From Macrostomum hystrix (Eukaryota; Animalia; Platyhelminthes): a stretch of DNA of 64,000 nucleotides. Below, piece after piece: positions 34,459 through 48,107 of this stretch. The notes beneath the pieces are model-generated. The model was not told the origin of the DNA, did not search any database, and saw only the letters and a program-made list of their open reading frames with translations. The DNA is taken from the NCBI GenBank assembly GCA_950097015.1, contig CATNEN010000003.1, forward strand, positions 744,001 to 808,000. The letters are read 5' to 3'. Position 1 is the stretch's first letter. Each line of letters starts with the position of its first letter. The translations under genes and the position numbers were made by a program.

Positions 34459-37400
34459 TCAGTGTAGGTTCGCATTTGCCTGTCGCATCTGATGACCCGG
34501 AGGGCAGTTCATTGCTGATGGGTCTGGCCCAACCTGCATATGCATCAGCTGCTGTTGCTGATGCTGATGCTGAAATCCCATGGGATCGCAAGCGACGCTA
34601 GTTGCCATAGAAACCGAAGGTGCAGCCGCGGCCGCGGCAAAGTCTGACACAGTCGTGGCTCCTTTTTCTACTTCGCGTCGTTTCAAACAAGCCGCCTTCG
34701 GATTGAGATTGCGCTCTGCAATGGGCAGCGGTTTTTGCTTTTCAGACACCGAATTTAAAGATCTTAAATCTGCATTTTGTGCATCTTTTTAGTAAGCACA
34801 AATGACAAGTCTACAATAGCTTGAAACCTCATGGTCACCTGAGGTCCCAGATGGTCACCTGAGGTCTCAGATGGTCACCTGAGGTGTCAGATGGTCACCT
34901 GAGGTCTCAGATGGTCACCTGAGGTCTCAGATGGTCACCTGAGGTGTCAGATGGTCACCTGAGGTCTCAGATGGTCACCTGAGGTCTCAGATGGTCACCT
35001 GAGGTCTCAGATGGTCACCTGAGGTGTCAGATGGTCACCTGAGGTCTCAGATGGTCACCTGAGGTGTCAGATGGTCACCTGAGGTGTCAGATGGTCTCCT
35101 AAGGTGAGGTTATGTATCATTGTAAGCGGACTCACCTCGAACCTGCTGCTCAAGCGCAGTGATGACAGCAACAGCTTGCTGGAGTACACTTAGCTTCGTC
35201 TGAGGCTTTTCCGAATGCATGTGCAGGGTGGTCATGCGGCCCAGTTCTTTGAAGGCCGAATTGATGTCGCGCACGCGGACTCTGGAGAATGAATTTGTAG
35301 AGGTGCGATTGACCAAGAATACAATTAAGCAGCCTTGATTACTAAATACTAAGGTAAAAGCAAGAAGCAGCTACAAGGGCAATAGTAAAGATAAGCCGCC
35401 TCTATTAAAATATATCAAAGTGATACAGCGTCTATCAAAACATATATGCCGATTTTATTAAAACCAATATCAAAGATAACCCGATTTGATTGTAAAATAG
35501 ATCAAAGGCAATTAATCTAATTCTAAAAAGACAACTATCAAATATAAGCCGCTTCATTTTAGAAACATCATCAAAGATAAGCCGACTCTAGTTAAGAACA
35601 ATATCAAAGATAAGCCGCCTCTAGTTCAAACAAGATGAAAGATAAGCGGCCTCTAGTTCAAACAAGATCAAAGATAAGCCGCCTCTAGTTCAAACACGAT
35701 CAAAGATAAGCCGCCTCTAGTTCAAACACGATCAAAGATAAGCCGCCTCTAGTTCAAACAAGATCGAAGATAAGCCGCCTATTGATAAAAACAAGATCTA
35801 AGATAAGCCGCCACTAGTTTAAACAAGATCAAAGATAAGCCGCCTCTAGTTTAAATTAAAACAATCGAAAAAAGCGTTCTTCACATTCGACCACACAAAG
35901 AAGACCGCTATTTTATTCAATTGAATTCAAATAAAGTGATTCTCACCTCTCCCTGGCGTTATTAGCGTGTCTTCTAGCCGACTCGCGAACCAGTCTCGTA
36001 CCAGGACTCAGGCCGGCCAGATCCGAGTCGTCATCGTCGTTGCTATCAAAGCCGTCCTGCAGCATAAGCTGCTGATTGTTGTCGTCGAAGCAGAAATCGG
36101 CAAAGTCGTCCAGACTGCCAACGCCGCTGCCGGCAACGCTGGATGGTGCGACGGAAGCCGAGCCGCTTGGACCAGCCGCTCGCTGCTTGGTGGAGTTTGC
36201 GGCTCGTTTCTTTTTAGTGGTCTTCGACTTCGGCTCGTTTGACGATGCGATCGAGCCGTCGATTTCATCGCAGCCGGCAGAGGGCAGACAGACGGCCTGA
36301 GTTTTAATCACTGTGCGCCCAGCCTGTTGCTGCTGGTGCATAGCAACCGTTGTTACGGAGAGCGGCGCCGATACCAACGGTGGAGGCGGAGGCGGGTGCT
36401 GTTGCTCCTTGACCTAGAATGAGTAATAATCCCATTAGGGGTAAATTTATTAGACAAGTCACAAACAAGGCCGAGAACTTTGGATATCTTAGACCCGAGG
36501 ACAAAGCAATCTACTCAATGGTTCAGGGAAATAGAGGAGCAGCAGAAACAGTAGCAAGGCATATATTATAAAGATGACACACAAGAAAGCAATAGTCCTG
36601 AGGTCAAAGTTTGAGTACAAAGTCTTGGGGGCTTGTCATACAATTCGGGCCAACCTTCAAGGCACATGTGTAAGCATGTGTGCTCAGAAGTTTGCGGAAT
36701 GGGCAGAATTGCCACCTCGCTGGCTGCGGGTCTAGTGTCACCAAACGGATTGGCACTGCCCGCAGCAAATAATAGAAAATTATCCTACCTGAAACGTTGA
36801 ACAACCAACAAAATCTGTTGGCACGGCAGAGATAACATCCGTTGGCGACGCAGCGTTAATCTTGTCTGACAGGGCAACATTAGCGGCAGCCTGGTTTGGG
36901 AAAGTTTTGATTTTTTTAATTACAAATTCCCTAAATAACAAATGCGGCTTTGTTATGAGATTCAACGTCACAAGAGACCAATTAACTCACCGAGTACACA
37001 CTGGCAGGCTGCGGCGCACAGTCAAGCTTCAATGCCTGCTGATGCGACTGGGCGATTGAGAATCCGGCCGTTCCAGTGCCAGGCGGAGAACACCAAGACC
37101 CGGGGGGATTATGAAGGCCGGGATGATAAGCGTGAGGATTGTGCAGCTGCTGAGAATGAGGATGCTGATGAAGCATTTGATTCTGCTGGTCGACTAACTG
37201 ATAAGCGGCCAAAGAGGAGTCATGATGGTGGTGAGAATTGTGATGAAGCGGATGCTGATGAAGCGGCTGTTGCTGATAGTAGGGATGCTGACCCATGGAA
37301 GAATGCAGATCGGAGCTTGGCGGTCCGCGAACGGAAAGATCAACGCCGGCTGATAAAACAAATTAAAGGATAATTAAATTAATGAACTGGCTAGTCTACT

Positions 37401-38690
37401 GACAGTAGCACATACTAGAATAAATCCGCAGTTCTATACTTACGTCCCAAACCAGCGCCAGTTGAGAATGGCGATTGAGCATCCAAATAGGCGTTATTGG
37501 CAGGCGATCCGATGCTAGGCAGTGAGTGAAGCATCGACTGAAATCAGTGAAATTCGACAATAAATATTTCTGGAAATAATATCGCAAAGGCAAACTAAAT
37601 TTGCGAATCATTAACTAACCTTGGAATTTTGCATCAATTCGTTTGTCGGATTGGTGTCTGAAAAGTACGTTGTGAATTTTGTTATTTTTCAGCAATGAGT
37701 ATTTTCTAATTAGACATTTAAGTGCAAATTGACTCACGAGCATGAGTCGATGGGTCGGCATGAGTAACAGTCGCGTAGGACATTGGGGCTGTCGCTTGGG
37801 ACTCGTTAAGGAATGCGCCATAGACGCTATTAGCTGACGAAGATGACACAGCTGCCGCTGCTGCCGCCGCCGCCGCGGCAGGATAAGAAGATGGAAGATG
37901 CTGCTGCTGATGCTGATGATGCCCCCCGTAGCCAGCTTCCATGGCGCTGAAGTAGGACCAGTCTGAAATGAATCCACATTTGAATTTTGAAATTCGAGAA
38001 CGAATAGATAACTAGATAACGAATTACTAGAACAAAAAAACAGTCTAATTTATATAATTTGCAACTAAATCTTTCGATTTATTTTTGTTTTAAATTGATA
38101 CATTTTGTTTTTGTTTTTGTTGCGAACAGAAATTTCGCGACCTATATATTGGTCAATCCATTAACTGACTACAGTCAGTTAGAAGTACTTTACTCTGACG
38201 ACAATTTTATATTGTAATAACAAACATGTTTACCTAAAAACAGCAGATTTATGGTAAAAGTGTAAAAACAGAAACTAACGATTAAAAGTAACGACCGTTA
38301 CTATTTTCCACTATTTTCGTTACCCTATTTTTCCGTTACAACTTTTGGTCAGTAAAGATTGTTACCGCCATCGCCTTCTTTTGAAATTACCAACGCTAGT
38401 CTAAATAACAACCTGGGTGTAGGGATAAATCTCACCAGAAAACTGTGGCCCAGTCGCCTGTTGATAAGCCAGAGGATCCTGTAGGTAGGCTTTGCCATAT
38501 TCTGTTGAATAAAATGGGAAGCCTAACTGACTGCTGCCAGGCTGTTGCAGATTCTGGAATGGATTTTACACAAAATATGAATTTTAATTCGTTATAGAAA
38601 AGTTTAAGCACAACTTCAAACTTCAAAAGCAATACTTACAGAATCATAAGTTGTATGCTCGAATCCAGTGTAGTTAACTGTTTTATCCAT
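34459..38690 (-). CDS. TCF12: Class I bHLH E-protein (daughterless/E2A/HEB family), ~618 aa
   Basis: Phase-consistent exons 38690-38640, 38553-38436, 37962-37738, 37657-37620, 37537-37444, 37349-36991, 36890-36789, 36413-35947, 35281-35136, 34715-34459. Diagnostic motif [65 protein letters not shown]. The symbol denotes the family (TCF3/4/12, fly da). Confidence 0.92.
34831..35100. repeat. 20-bp tandem repeat (ATGGTCACCTGAGGT(C/G)TCAG), ~13 copies
   Basis: Direct inspection; intronic. Confidence 0.97.
35570..35853. repeat. ~32-bp tandem repeat (AAAGATAAGCCGCCTCTAGTTCAAACAAGATC)
   Basis: Direct inspection; lies in the intron that splits the bHLH basic region. Confidence 0.9.
36620..36770 (+). 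mobile_element. SINE family B 3' fragment
   Basis: GGCCAACCTTCAAGGCAC..GGGCAGAATTGCCACCTCGCTGGCTGCGGGTCTAGTGTCACC. Confidence 0.7.
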
Positions 38691-38971
38691 TTCAAGAATT
38701 GCAAAATGTTTCCTAGCTGAAAATTAGAAGATGTTAATGCTTTTTGGCTCACATAGAAGTTAAGTAAAAACCTCATTTATATTAACATAAATTCCAACAT
38801 AAATTGCATTTAAATATATAGAAAGCAATAAGAATTTTCTATGCCTAAAACACTTAAAAATTTAAACACTGTAGGAGCTTTTGTTTTAGACACCAATTTA
38901 CTGATTTCTTCAGTAAGCTTTTTAACTATAACTTCAATAGTCCAAATATTAGTCAACTATACCCCTTAGTA

Positions 38972-39330
38972 CAGGGGTTGGCAAACTTCGGCCTGTGGGC
39001 CAGATGCCGCCCTCAAAGCTCCTAAATCTAGCCCCTTGCAACAACTATAGACTCCTGCTTCATCTCTCTCATCTGGAGTTGGAGAGTCTCATCCTCTCCT
39101 TGGTCTTGTCTCTCCTGTGTGTTATCTGTACTGTGTCTTGTCTCTTCCTTGACTCATCCCTCCTTGTCTTGTTTATCCCTTGTTCTTCCCAGTCTTGCCT
39201 ATCCCCTGTCTAGTCTTTCCTGCATCTAATCTCTTCCCTGTCTTACTAATCCTGTGTCTCTTCTCTCCTCAATTTTCATATTCCTACAGTTTATGCAGCC
39301 CACTTGTCATATTTTACCTACTCTCCAAAA
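38972..39330 (+). mobile_element. Degenerate hAT/Charlie-like MITE
   Basis: Starts CAGGGGTTGGCAAACTTCGGCC, has a CT-rich interior, and has a related copy at 62699. The right end is eroded. Confidence 0.5.
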
Positions 39331-39366
39331 TCATTTCAGGAATACATCTGTAATTCTTTACTTATT

Positions 39367-39636
39367 CATACATGCGCAACACCTGGCCGACCCGGCCGGG
39401 TGAAATGAGGGCCAAGCAAGGTAAGTCGCAAAAAACAATCGACCAAGCGCAAAAAATCAAAGGGGGACCAAGGGACAAAAAAGCAAGGCGCGAAGAAAAG
39501 GAAAAAGGGGAGAGAAAAAGAGAGCAAATGAGAGCAAACTAAGTCGTAAATAGAGCAATGAAATGAACTAAGTCGCAAATGAGAGCAAAAACTAAGTCGC
39601 ATGGCCGGCTAAGATTTGGGAGGTTGCGCATGTATG
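39367..39636. mobile_element. MITE with 14-bp TIR CATACATGCGCAAC (inverted copy of 59694-59972)
   Basis: Perfect TIRs and a near-identical interior to the second copy; no TSD recognisable here. Confidence 0.85.
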
Positions 39637-42600
39637 ATATGGGTGCCAGTAAGTGACTAAGTACAAAACACAAAAACAAATTTCATTTGCAATGGCTGTT
39701 ATTGGTTAGAAGCTCATTTCATTAAATCATTCTCTTCTCTTTGATGCACAAACCTATAAAAAACTAAGTCAGATGGTACTAGTACTACTACTACATGTAT
39801 ATTGCTACTCTATTACCTTATTATGATTTTTAAATTGAAAATATATTTTGCATAGACCTAGTAGACAAAATTATATAGTTATACTATAGGCCTAGGCCCT
39901 GCATAGCTAAGCCTAAAATACCCAAGCTAAGACAAAAGGTATACATTAGGTTAGGTTTTATTCCTAGTTTAAGCCAAGAAGACCTTAAAACCTTAAATCA
40001 GTTGGCTCAATGGTTTTATATTTTTATTGATTTGTTAATTTAAAAAATTCACAACATAGGCCTTTTTGGCTATAATATGAAAGCTTTCTAACAAAGCAGC
40101 CCAGTGCTAGGCTGGCCTATTTATAGGATCCTAGTCACTTATCATATACTAAATTGTCATATTGGATGATTAAGTGACCACTTTAAATGAGTGCACTAAT
40201 TGATAGATGACAGAGTCACCAAGGTTCAACTGCAATAGGGCTCCTTAACTCTCCAAGTATTTTACTATGTTACTATTACTATGTAATGTAATGATATTTT
40301 ATTATCAATGTGTTTTACCCAATTATATGTCTCCCTTGTAGTCGTATCTTGTCCTAAAGAGGAGCAAGGATTTGTAGTAAAGGTAAGATGACCTTGGGGC
40401 TGTCTGAGAGCTTAGGCTCAAACTAGGAACAAAAGGAAAAACAGTCTTGGGACTGAAATAGATTGCAAACTTAAAGGAGAACTATTACTAGAGTAGAAAA
40501 CATCAAGAGATTGTAGCAAGGAAGAATTGTATCAAGGGATTGTAGCAAGGAATATAGCGAGAGTTGTAGCAAGTGGTATGTTAAAGACTAGGTAGAGGAG
40601 GTACAGGTATCAAAATTGAGCATTTAATTCTATAGAATTTTAATCTCATATACTATGTTAATCCAAATGTATGCTTATATATGATCTGCATAATGGTCAA
40701 TATATAAATGCACAGGAATTTTCCAATTAAACTGCCATCTTTCTGACTAGGCCTATGGTATGGTGTTGCTCTTGCTCTTTATTTTTAAATGATGAATATG
40801 AAGTGACTATAAATTTATGAGGAGTGAGCTGATTTGTAGGAGGCAAACAATAGAGGCAAAGTGACTATATTGTTTTGCAGTGCCATCATTTGTGAATGAC
40901 ATAGTGACTGGGGGGCAAAAATGTTTTAATTAAATGTTATCTGAGACAAAATTTAAGATGAAGTGAATAGGATGAACTGTGGTAACGTAGCTTGCTTTAT
41001 TTAATTAAAGAAATTTTAATAAATAGGATGAAGCATCATGAAAGATTGTATATATATATATATTTATTTATCAGGTTGGGTAAAGCCAACCAAAAACTGG
41101 TGGTTGTAGGCCTGTAGGACAATATCGAAATTTATAATAGGCCTACTGAGATAGGCCTAGCCTTAGGTCCTATGCGCTAGATATAATTAATAAACTTACG
41201 AAATCTTATAGGGCAGGCCTAGTCACAATTTTGGTCGTATTTAATATAAAAAGTTTAGGTTAATAAATAGAATGACAAAATGGTAAACTTATATTACACC
41301 TTAATAATTAAGTACGTCTTTACTATGTCGCTCTGCACAAATAGCACACAGGATTCTAGATCATCTGGCTATATTTATAGCTAAATAGCTAATAAATAGA
41401 TACAATGAATATTACAGTTTAGCACCGTTTTCCGTTTCGAGTCTGTAGACCTAAGATGTGGATATGTAGTTGATTACGGCGCAGCGCTATTCTTCATTAC
41501 GTTACGTTCGCTTCTAAAAATAATTGCGTATGAGGATTTAAAAGTTTCAAAGAAGACAAAAATATAAACAAATTTCTACAAGGACAAAAGCCTACTGTAG
41601 AGCATCGCTTAAGCTACTTCAAATTAAACGTGTTTAAATACAACTTCTAAGTGGATTTATTAGAATTTGCATTGATTCTTTTCCGTTCGAACAATGAATC
41701 CACCGGAACGATTTTAGCTCGAGATTCTCAGGTCTAAGAATAAATAAATATCCGAAGCAATGAGCACAATTCGCAGCCAAAATACGTAGTGAAAAAATAT
41801 TAAGTCTACGGTCTGAAAAACTAAAGTGACGTTTTTTCGATTCGAAATTTTGATTCCTCTAGGTATTTTATGGTTATGCACTATGCACAATTATATGATG
41901 TAGGAAAAGTATCTGTTTTAAATTATAATAGATACATGTGCTATAGCATGCTATCTGTGTGAGTTTCTCTTTCTCTTTTGAAAAGAAATATCTTGGTGCA
42001 TATACAAAAATGTAAGAATATAAACACAATTCTAAGCGTGTAAAGAAAAATCTTATGTCTGCAAGTTTCAAATTATTACGATTCAACCCGCCCCCCCGAA
42101 AAAAATGTATACAGCATTTAAAGTATGGCATAATTGATCGCAACTATGAATAAATTAAATTTCAGAAGCGATAAGAAAATTGAATTGCGTTTGTCAAAAC
42201 CATTGATATTTTTTGACCGGACTGTCTATACGTACCTGGAAAATTTTCCTGATATTTCTACCGGTGATCCAATTAGAAGGAAAATTAATGAATCTGCGCT
42301 ATTTCGTGATTAGGCCAGAACCATGCAGCCACCCGAACAACTTGGTTTCTGCCCTGGACTACGAGTAGTTGCGGACTCAACTCTCAAGCATGCAATTTTT
42401 TCGTTTTTGCCAGTTCTTTTTTACGGCAGCCAGGGAAAACATTATCCCACTTGTCCGTGCTTAATTATGGCGCGAGGGGTCCACAGGATGCAGTCTGTAT
42501 CAGCTGACTCGATTCAACAACATCAGGGCGGACCCAATTGGGCCTAACTTCATCGAGCTTGTGTATTTCTCTGATTGCGATTGACCTCGAGGCAAAATAC

Positions 42601-42746
42601 GGAGAATAATCTTGTCCTCAGAATTATTTTCAGACGCATCGATTTAATTTTTTAACTGATCGGAGAGACGTCCATCACCATAAAGGCACTGTGAGAGTGT
42701 ACAGTGTCTAACGATGAGAACGTCAGGGGGGGATTGTGCAGGGGGG

Positions 42747-43005
42747 TGTCAGAGGATCTAGTGTCAGAGGATCTAGTGTCAGAGGATCTAGTGTCAGAGG
42801 ATCTAGTGTCAGAGGATCTAGTGTCAGAGGATCTAGTGTCAGAGGATCTAGTGTCAGAGGACCTAGTGTCAGAGGATCTAGTGTCAGAGGATCTAGTGTC
42901 AGAGGATCTAGTGTCAGAGTATCTAGTGTCAGAGCATCTAGTGTCAGAGGATCTAGTGTCAGAGGATCTAGTGTCAGAGGATCTAGTGTCAGAGGATCTA
43001 GTGTC
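42747..43005. repeat. 15-bp tandem repeat (GTGTCAGAGGATCTA), ~17 copies
   Basis: Direct inspection; preceded by a SINE B fragment at ~42682-42726. Confidence 0.97.
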
Positions 43006-43019
43006 AGTGTCAGTGTCTA

Positions 43020-43417
43020 GGATACGGCTTGGATACGGCTTGGATACGACTTGGATACGACTTGGATACGGCTTGGATACGGCTTGGATACGACTTGGAT
43101 ACGACTTGGATACGGCTTGGATACGACTTGGATACGACTTGGATACGGCTTGGATACGCCTTGGATACGCCTTGGATACGCCTTGGATACGGCTTAGATA
43201 CGCCTTGGATATACGGCTTGGATACGGCTTGGAAACGGCTTGGATACGCCTTGGATACGGCTTGGATACGGCTTGGAAACGGCTTGGATACGGCTTGGAT
43301 ACGGCTTGAATACGGCTTGGATACGGCTTGGATATGGCTTGGATATGGCTTGGATACGGCTTGAATACGGCTTGGATACGGCTCGGATACGGCTTGGATA
43401 CGGCTTGGGTACGGCTT
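43020..43417. repeat. 10-bp tandem repeat (GGATACGGCTT variants)
   Basis: Direct inspection. Confidence 0.95.
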
Positions 43418-43857
43418 TGTATTAGGCATGCAGGATTCGGACTGAAATACGAAAAATTGTTTCTTAGATTCAAATTTTACGTCTAGACTTAGATGTATAT
43501 TATCTATATTACTAACGCACAGTTAATAATAAAACTTAATAACCGGTTTATAACCACTTTGTAATTTTGGGATCTTTTTCTAGGGCCGATATAAAAACAG
43601 AATTTTCTACGGAATTTTCTACGGAAATTAAACTTTAGTGATCAAATTCGGGGCCAACTTCCACTCGGAGAGAGACCTGAATTGGCTATAGTTTGCAGAG
43701 TGGCTGCAGCCAATGAGAATTTTTTATCCCAAAAGATACAATTAAAATTTCGAAATGTAACTATATGAAACAATTCAAAAAAAATGTTTTTCGTTTTGCC
43801 GCATTTACTGAATTAAACCGAGTAGGAATTTCATCTATTTTTGTTATTTGCCGTAGG

Positions 43858-44155
43858 TGGGGTGGGTGAGTTGCAGTGGTTAATGCTTTTGCCCCTGAGT
43901 TCGATTCCACGGCGAGGCCACATTCATTTGGGGCGCAGGGCGCACGGCGAGGCTTGTCGTTCAATTTACGCCCTCCAACCAACCTCCAAGGCAAAGTGAG
44001 AGTGCACATGGCCTGACGTTGAGAAAGTCAGGGCAGATGTACACACCTGTGTGAGCGTGTGTGATTAGGAGTCATCGAAATGGTAATAACTGCGGGCCAA
44101 GTGTCACCAAATGATGTGCAATTGCCAACAGCCCTCCTGCAATTATTTTTGTTAT
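43858..44155 (+). mobile_element. SINE family B copy
   Basis: B box GAGTTCGATTCC plus the conserved body and tail. Confidence 0.8.
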
Positions 44156-44167
44156 TATTAATGTAAG

Positions 44168-45190
44168 AATATATACCGGCTATCCAGGGTATCAATGGCT
44201 GTGACCGAGGACGCGCAGCGCGCAGCGCCCGAGGTCATAGACATTGATACCCGAAATAGCCGGTATGTATTTTCATTGAGCAACGCTTGGGTTCCCAGCG
44301 GTTCTGTTTGCACCATAGACATTGATGCCCGAAATAGCCGGTATGTATTTTCACTGAGCAACGCTGGGGTTCCCAGCGGTTCTGTTTGCACCATAGACAT
44401 TGATGCCCGAAATAGCCGGTATGTATTTTCACTGAGCAACGCTGGGGTTCCCAGCGGTTCTGTTTGCACCATAGACATTGATGCCCGAAATAGCCGGTAT
44501 GTATTTTCACTGAGCAACGCTTGGGTTCCCAGCGGTTCTGTTTGCACCATAGACATTGATGCCCGAAATAGCCGGTATGTATTTTCACTGAGCAACGCTG
44601 GGGTTCCCCAGCGGTTCTGTTTGGACCATAGACATTGATGCCCGAAATAGCCGGTATGTATTTTCATTGAACAACGCTGGGATTCCCAGCGATTCTGTTT
44701 GCACCATAGACATTGATACCCGAAATAGCCGGTATGTATTTTCACTGAGCAACGCTGGGGTTCCCAGTGGTTCTGTTTGCACCATAGACATTGATGCCCG
44801 AAATAGCCGGTATGTATTTTCATTGAACAACGCTGGGATTCCCAGCGATTCTGTTTGCACCATAGACATTGATGCCCGAAATAGCCGGTATATATTTTCA
44901 TTGAGCAACGCTGGTATTCCCAGCGATTCTGTTTGCACCATAGACATTGATGCCCGAAATAGCCGGTATGTATTTTCATTGAGCAACGCTGGTACTCCCA
45001 GCGATTCTTTTTGCACCATAGACATTGATACCCGAAAATAGCCGGTATGTATTTTCATTGAGCAACGCTTGGGTTCCCAGCGGTTCTGTTTGCACCATAG
45101 ACATTCCACTGGGGTTTCAATGTCGTCTATTAAAACCCCGCGGTATTTAATGGCGGGAATCCCAGCGTTGCTCAATTAAAATACACACTT
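44168..45190. repeat. Hairpin-headed element containing ~11 tandem 78-bp units
   Basis: Inverted arms at 44168-44206 and 44233-44271; units start at 44236, 44314, 44392 and onward; an inverted partial unit lies at ~45155-45185. Confidence 0.85.
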
Positions 45191-45429
45191 AACGTTAGAA
45201 ATACAAGAATCCAAAGGGAATTCCCTGTGGGAATTCCCCATAGACATAGTTTAACGATGTTCATTAAAACCCTTGCTCAGCGTTGCTCAATGACCGTGAA
45301 AATGATAAGCAGTGACAGGAATTTCAGTATGGCTTTTATTTGAATCTCTTGATTATTTCGTGTGTATTTCAGTATCATAATATATTTATTAAGTTCTTCA
45401 TTGCATCAGCAAACTTCGGTATTCTCAAA

Positions 45430-45813
45430 TCACAGCTGCTCATTGGTAATCAGCGCGGCCTCGCTGTTAATTACGTCATCGAGTTGAATTCGCTTCCGTT
45501 TGACCAGTAGCAGCCAGTCCAACCGGCAGCATTTCTTAGCCAATTCCGGTCCGCAGACAAATAGGAAACAGAAGACAATGAAGATCACTGGTGAGAAGAT
45601 TAGGATGTGATAGACCAGTAGGATTAGTATCACCAGAGACTTGCTCAGTTCGGTGTCTGAGCTGTTGTCCTGGTCACCGTGGACAGTCTCGTTAAAAGTG
45701 TGGATTACAATCTGAGTGTTGTCAACGGCAGTGGATTGTGGAATTGCGTCAGCTAAATTGACCACAATGACCAGAATGGCGAGTAGAATTTTTAGGGAGC
45801 TCCTGTTTGACAT
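45430..45813 (-). CDS. Small type-I membrane protein 1 (127 aa; signal peptide, TM, Cys-containing tail)
   Basis: ATG start; hydrophobic N-terminus ending ADA; NET and NSS sequons; TM LVILILLVYHILIFSPVIFIVFCFLFV; KKCC tail; acceptor TTCAG 2 nt upstream of the ATG. Confidence 0.75.
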   Translation of the reverse strand: MSNRSSLKILLAILVIVVNLADAIPQSTAVDNTQIVIHTFNETVHGDQDNSSDTELSKSLVILILLVYHILIFSPVIFIVFCFLFVCGPELAKKCCRLDWLLLVKRKRIQLDDVINSEAALITNEQL

Positions 45814-46223
45814 ACCTGAACAGGCTGGAGAGAAAAGTTAGTTTTAGTAGATGTAAAATATTCGGAAATTGTTAGCAAACAAAATCTACTTACTATTCGC
45901 TGATTGAAGCTAAATTATTTTTTTTCGAAAAAAAAATTTTGTAGAGATTTATTAAAAGGGGAATTGATGATACAAGATTGTCATTTTTAAACATTTCGCC
46001 AGCGCAACGTGATTGGCTTGAAATAATTTCGTCGGCTCTGGCCAATCAGACAGAAGCTTCAATAGACGGGGAGATTGTGGGTATTTCGCCAGTGAAACTT
46101 AACATTAATTTTATAATCCCAGTATGAGTAAACTTTTTTTTCATTTGAGTTATAAGTTTATACTCGTAATATAGCTTGAGCGCGTGCAATATAGTACAAT
46201 CTACACACATTAAAATCACAGAT

Positions 46224-46382
46224 AGGCGATGGTAGCTCAGCGGTTAGAGCGTCGGACGCACAACTTGAAGGTCAGGGGTTCGATTCCTGACTTAACAGCT
46301 GCATAGCTAGCTTCAGTTCACCCAGCTGTTAAATGAGTGCCAGCATCAGCTGGGGGTGATTGAATATGGGTGTCTCCCCAGT
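46224..46382 (+). mobile_element. SINE family A copy
   Basis: GGTAGCTCAGCGGTTAGAGCG..GGTTCGATTCC..TTCACCCAGCTGTTAAATG. Confidence 0.75.
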
Positions 46383-46580
46383 CACATATAATTAAGACAC
46401 AAAAACACGAGTGCAAAAAACAACGCTGGATTCAATTATGATATCTGAGACTGCCAGATTTTATCAGCCAACCGTCTTCCTCGATGTTTTTCAAACATCA
46501 TGTTTTATTGATAATTAATTAAATAAAAAATTAAATTTCGTCAAGTTTTTAAGTCATTGTCCAATCTGTTGATTGGCGAA

Positions 46581-46880
46581 CTATTTCTTAGAGCAACACT
46601 TGCACAGCATGAACAGAAACAGCAGCAGTAGCAGCACCCAGACTATTATGCCCAGTATGATGAGTAGAGTGGCGAAATAACCCAGCTCATTGTGCTCAGC
46701 CTTCTCGCGGCTATTAGGCATCATGTTGGGATTTAGGCCCGGGTAGACTGGATTAAGCATTCGCTTCAGCTCCGGCTTCGATTGAGCCTCGGATTCGTCG
46801 GCTGGCGTCGTCTGGCCGATGTCGGCGAAGTTCAGCAGCAACAGCAGCAGCAGCAGTGTGGAAAAAATCAATCGCTTCAT
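46581..46880 (-). CDS. Small type-I membrane protein 2 (99 aa)
   Basis: Signal peptide [22 protein letters not shown]; TM LGYFATLLIILGIIVWVLLLLLFLFML; tail CKCCSKK. Confidence 0.75.
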   Translation of the reverse strand: MKRLIFSTLLLLLLLLNFADIGQTTPADESEAQSKPELKRMLNPVYPGLNPNMMPNSREKAEHNELGYFATLLIILGIIVWVLLLLLFLFMLCKCCSKK

Positions 46881-47267
46881 TGTTGACAGACTGCACTAGC
46901 GGCACTGACAAAGGAAGCAACGGTTATAATGAGAGAAATTAAATAGACAAATAATAGAAATTACATTCCGTTTTACCTGTCAACGCTTTTATTGAAGTCT
47001 TGCGATAAAGCAACACAGATTTGAAAAAAATTGATTGATTAGCACTCAAGAAAAAGAATTTATCTGAGCAATTTAGATGGAATGAAATTTAAAATTTGAT
47101 TGGCTAACAGACATGGACAAGAGTGGAATGGAGATTTCAAAGCAGCCAATGAAACCTAGGTTAAACGTGATCACGTTTATCGTTACCAAGTAACAATGTT
47201 CAGATTTTGACATCAATTAGGTGGAATGAGATTAGCCATGAGATTGATGAGATTGATAAGACTATGA

Positions 47268-47895
47268 GATTGATTCTGAGATCTGCGATTCTCAATTAGA
47301 TTGATTCTGAGATCAGCGATTTTTAAACAGATTGATTTTAAGATCGGCGATTCTCTATGAGATTGATTCTGAGACCGGCGATTCTCAATTAGATTGATTC
47401 TGAGACCGGCGATTCTCTATGAGATTGATTCTGAGACCGGCGATTCTCTATGAAATTGATTTTGAGATGGGCGATTCTCTATGAGATTGATTCTGAGATC
47501 GGCGATTCTCTATGAGAATGAATTTGAGATCGTCGATTCTCTGGGAAATTGATTGCAAAATCGGCGATTCTCTATGAGATTGATTTTGAGATCGGCGATT
47601 CTCTATGAGATTGATTCTGAGATTGGCGATTCTCTAGGACATTGATTGTAAAATCGGCGATTCTCTATGGGATTGATTCTGAGATCGGCGATTCTCTAGG
47701 ACATTGATTGTAAAATCGGCGATTCTCTATGGGATTGATTCTGAGATCGGCGATTCTCTAGGACATTGATTGTAAAATCGGCGATTCTCTATGGGATTGA
47801 TTCTGAGATCGGCGATTCTCTAGGACATTGATTGTAAAATCGGCGATTCTCTATGGGATTGATTCTGAGATCGGCGATTCTCTAGGACATTGATA
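47268..47895. repeat. ~31-bp tandem repeat (GATTGATTCTGAGATCGGCGATTCTCTATGA) with an alternating dimer in the 3' half
   Basis: Direct inspection. Confidence 0.93.
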
Positions 47896-48107
47896 GTAAT
47901 CAATGTCCAAGATTGATCGCAAGACACCAATTGAAAAGTTCAAAATAAAGCAATAGACACAATGAAACGAATCAAGAACTCTCATAGTTTCAATTATACT
48001 TTCATTAACACGATTAAGTGTCTCGTTACTTCATGGAGTGAGGAAGTGTGTCCATTTTATTGCAATAATATTCAATCATGAAAATGTACAGTCGGCCAAG
48101 CGTGATG

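Noticed and set aside
42310-42640. GC-richer minus-strand stretch ending KPSCSGGCMVLA*, and a plus-strand 74-aa ORF
   Set aside because: The minus-strand frames are interrupted by stops and no domain is recognisable; at best a pseudogene remnant.
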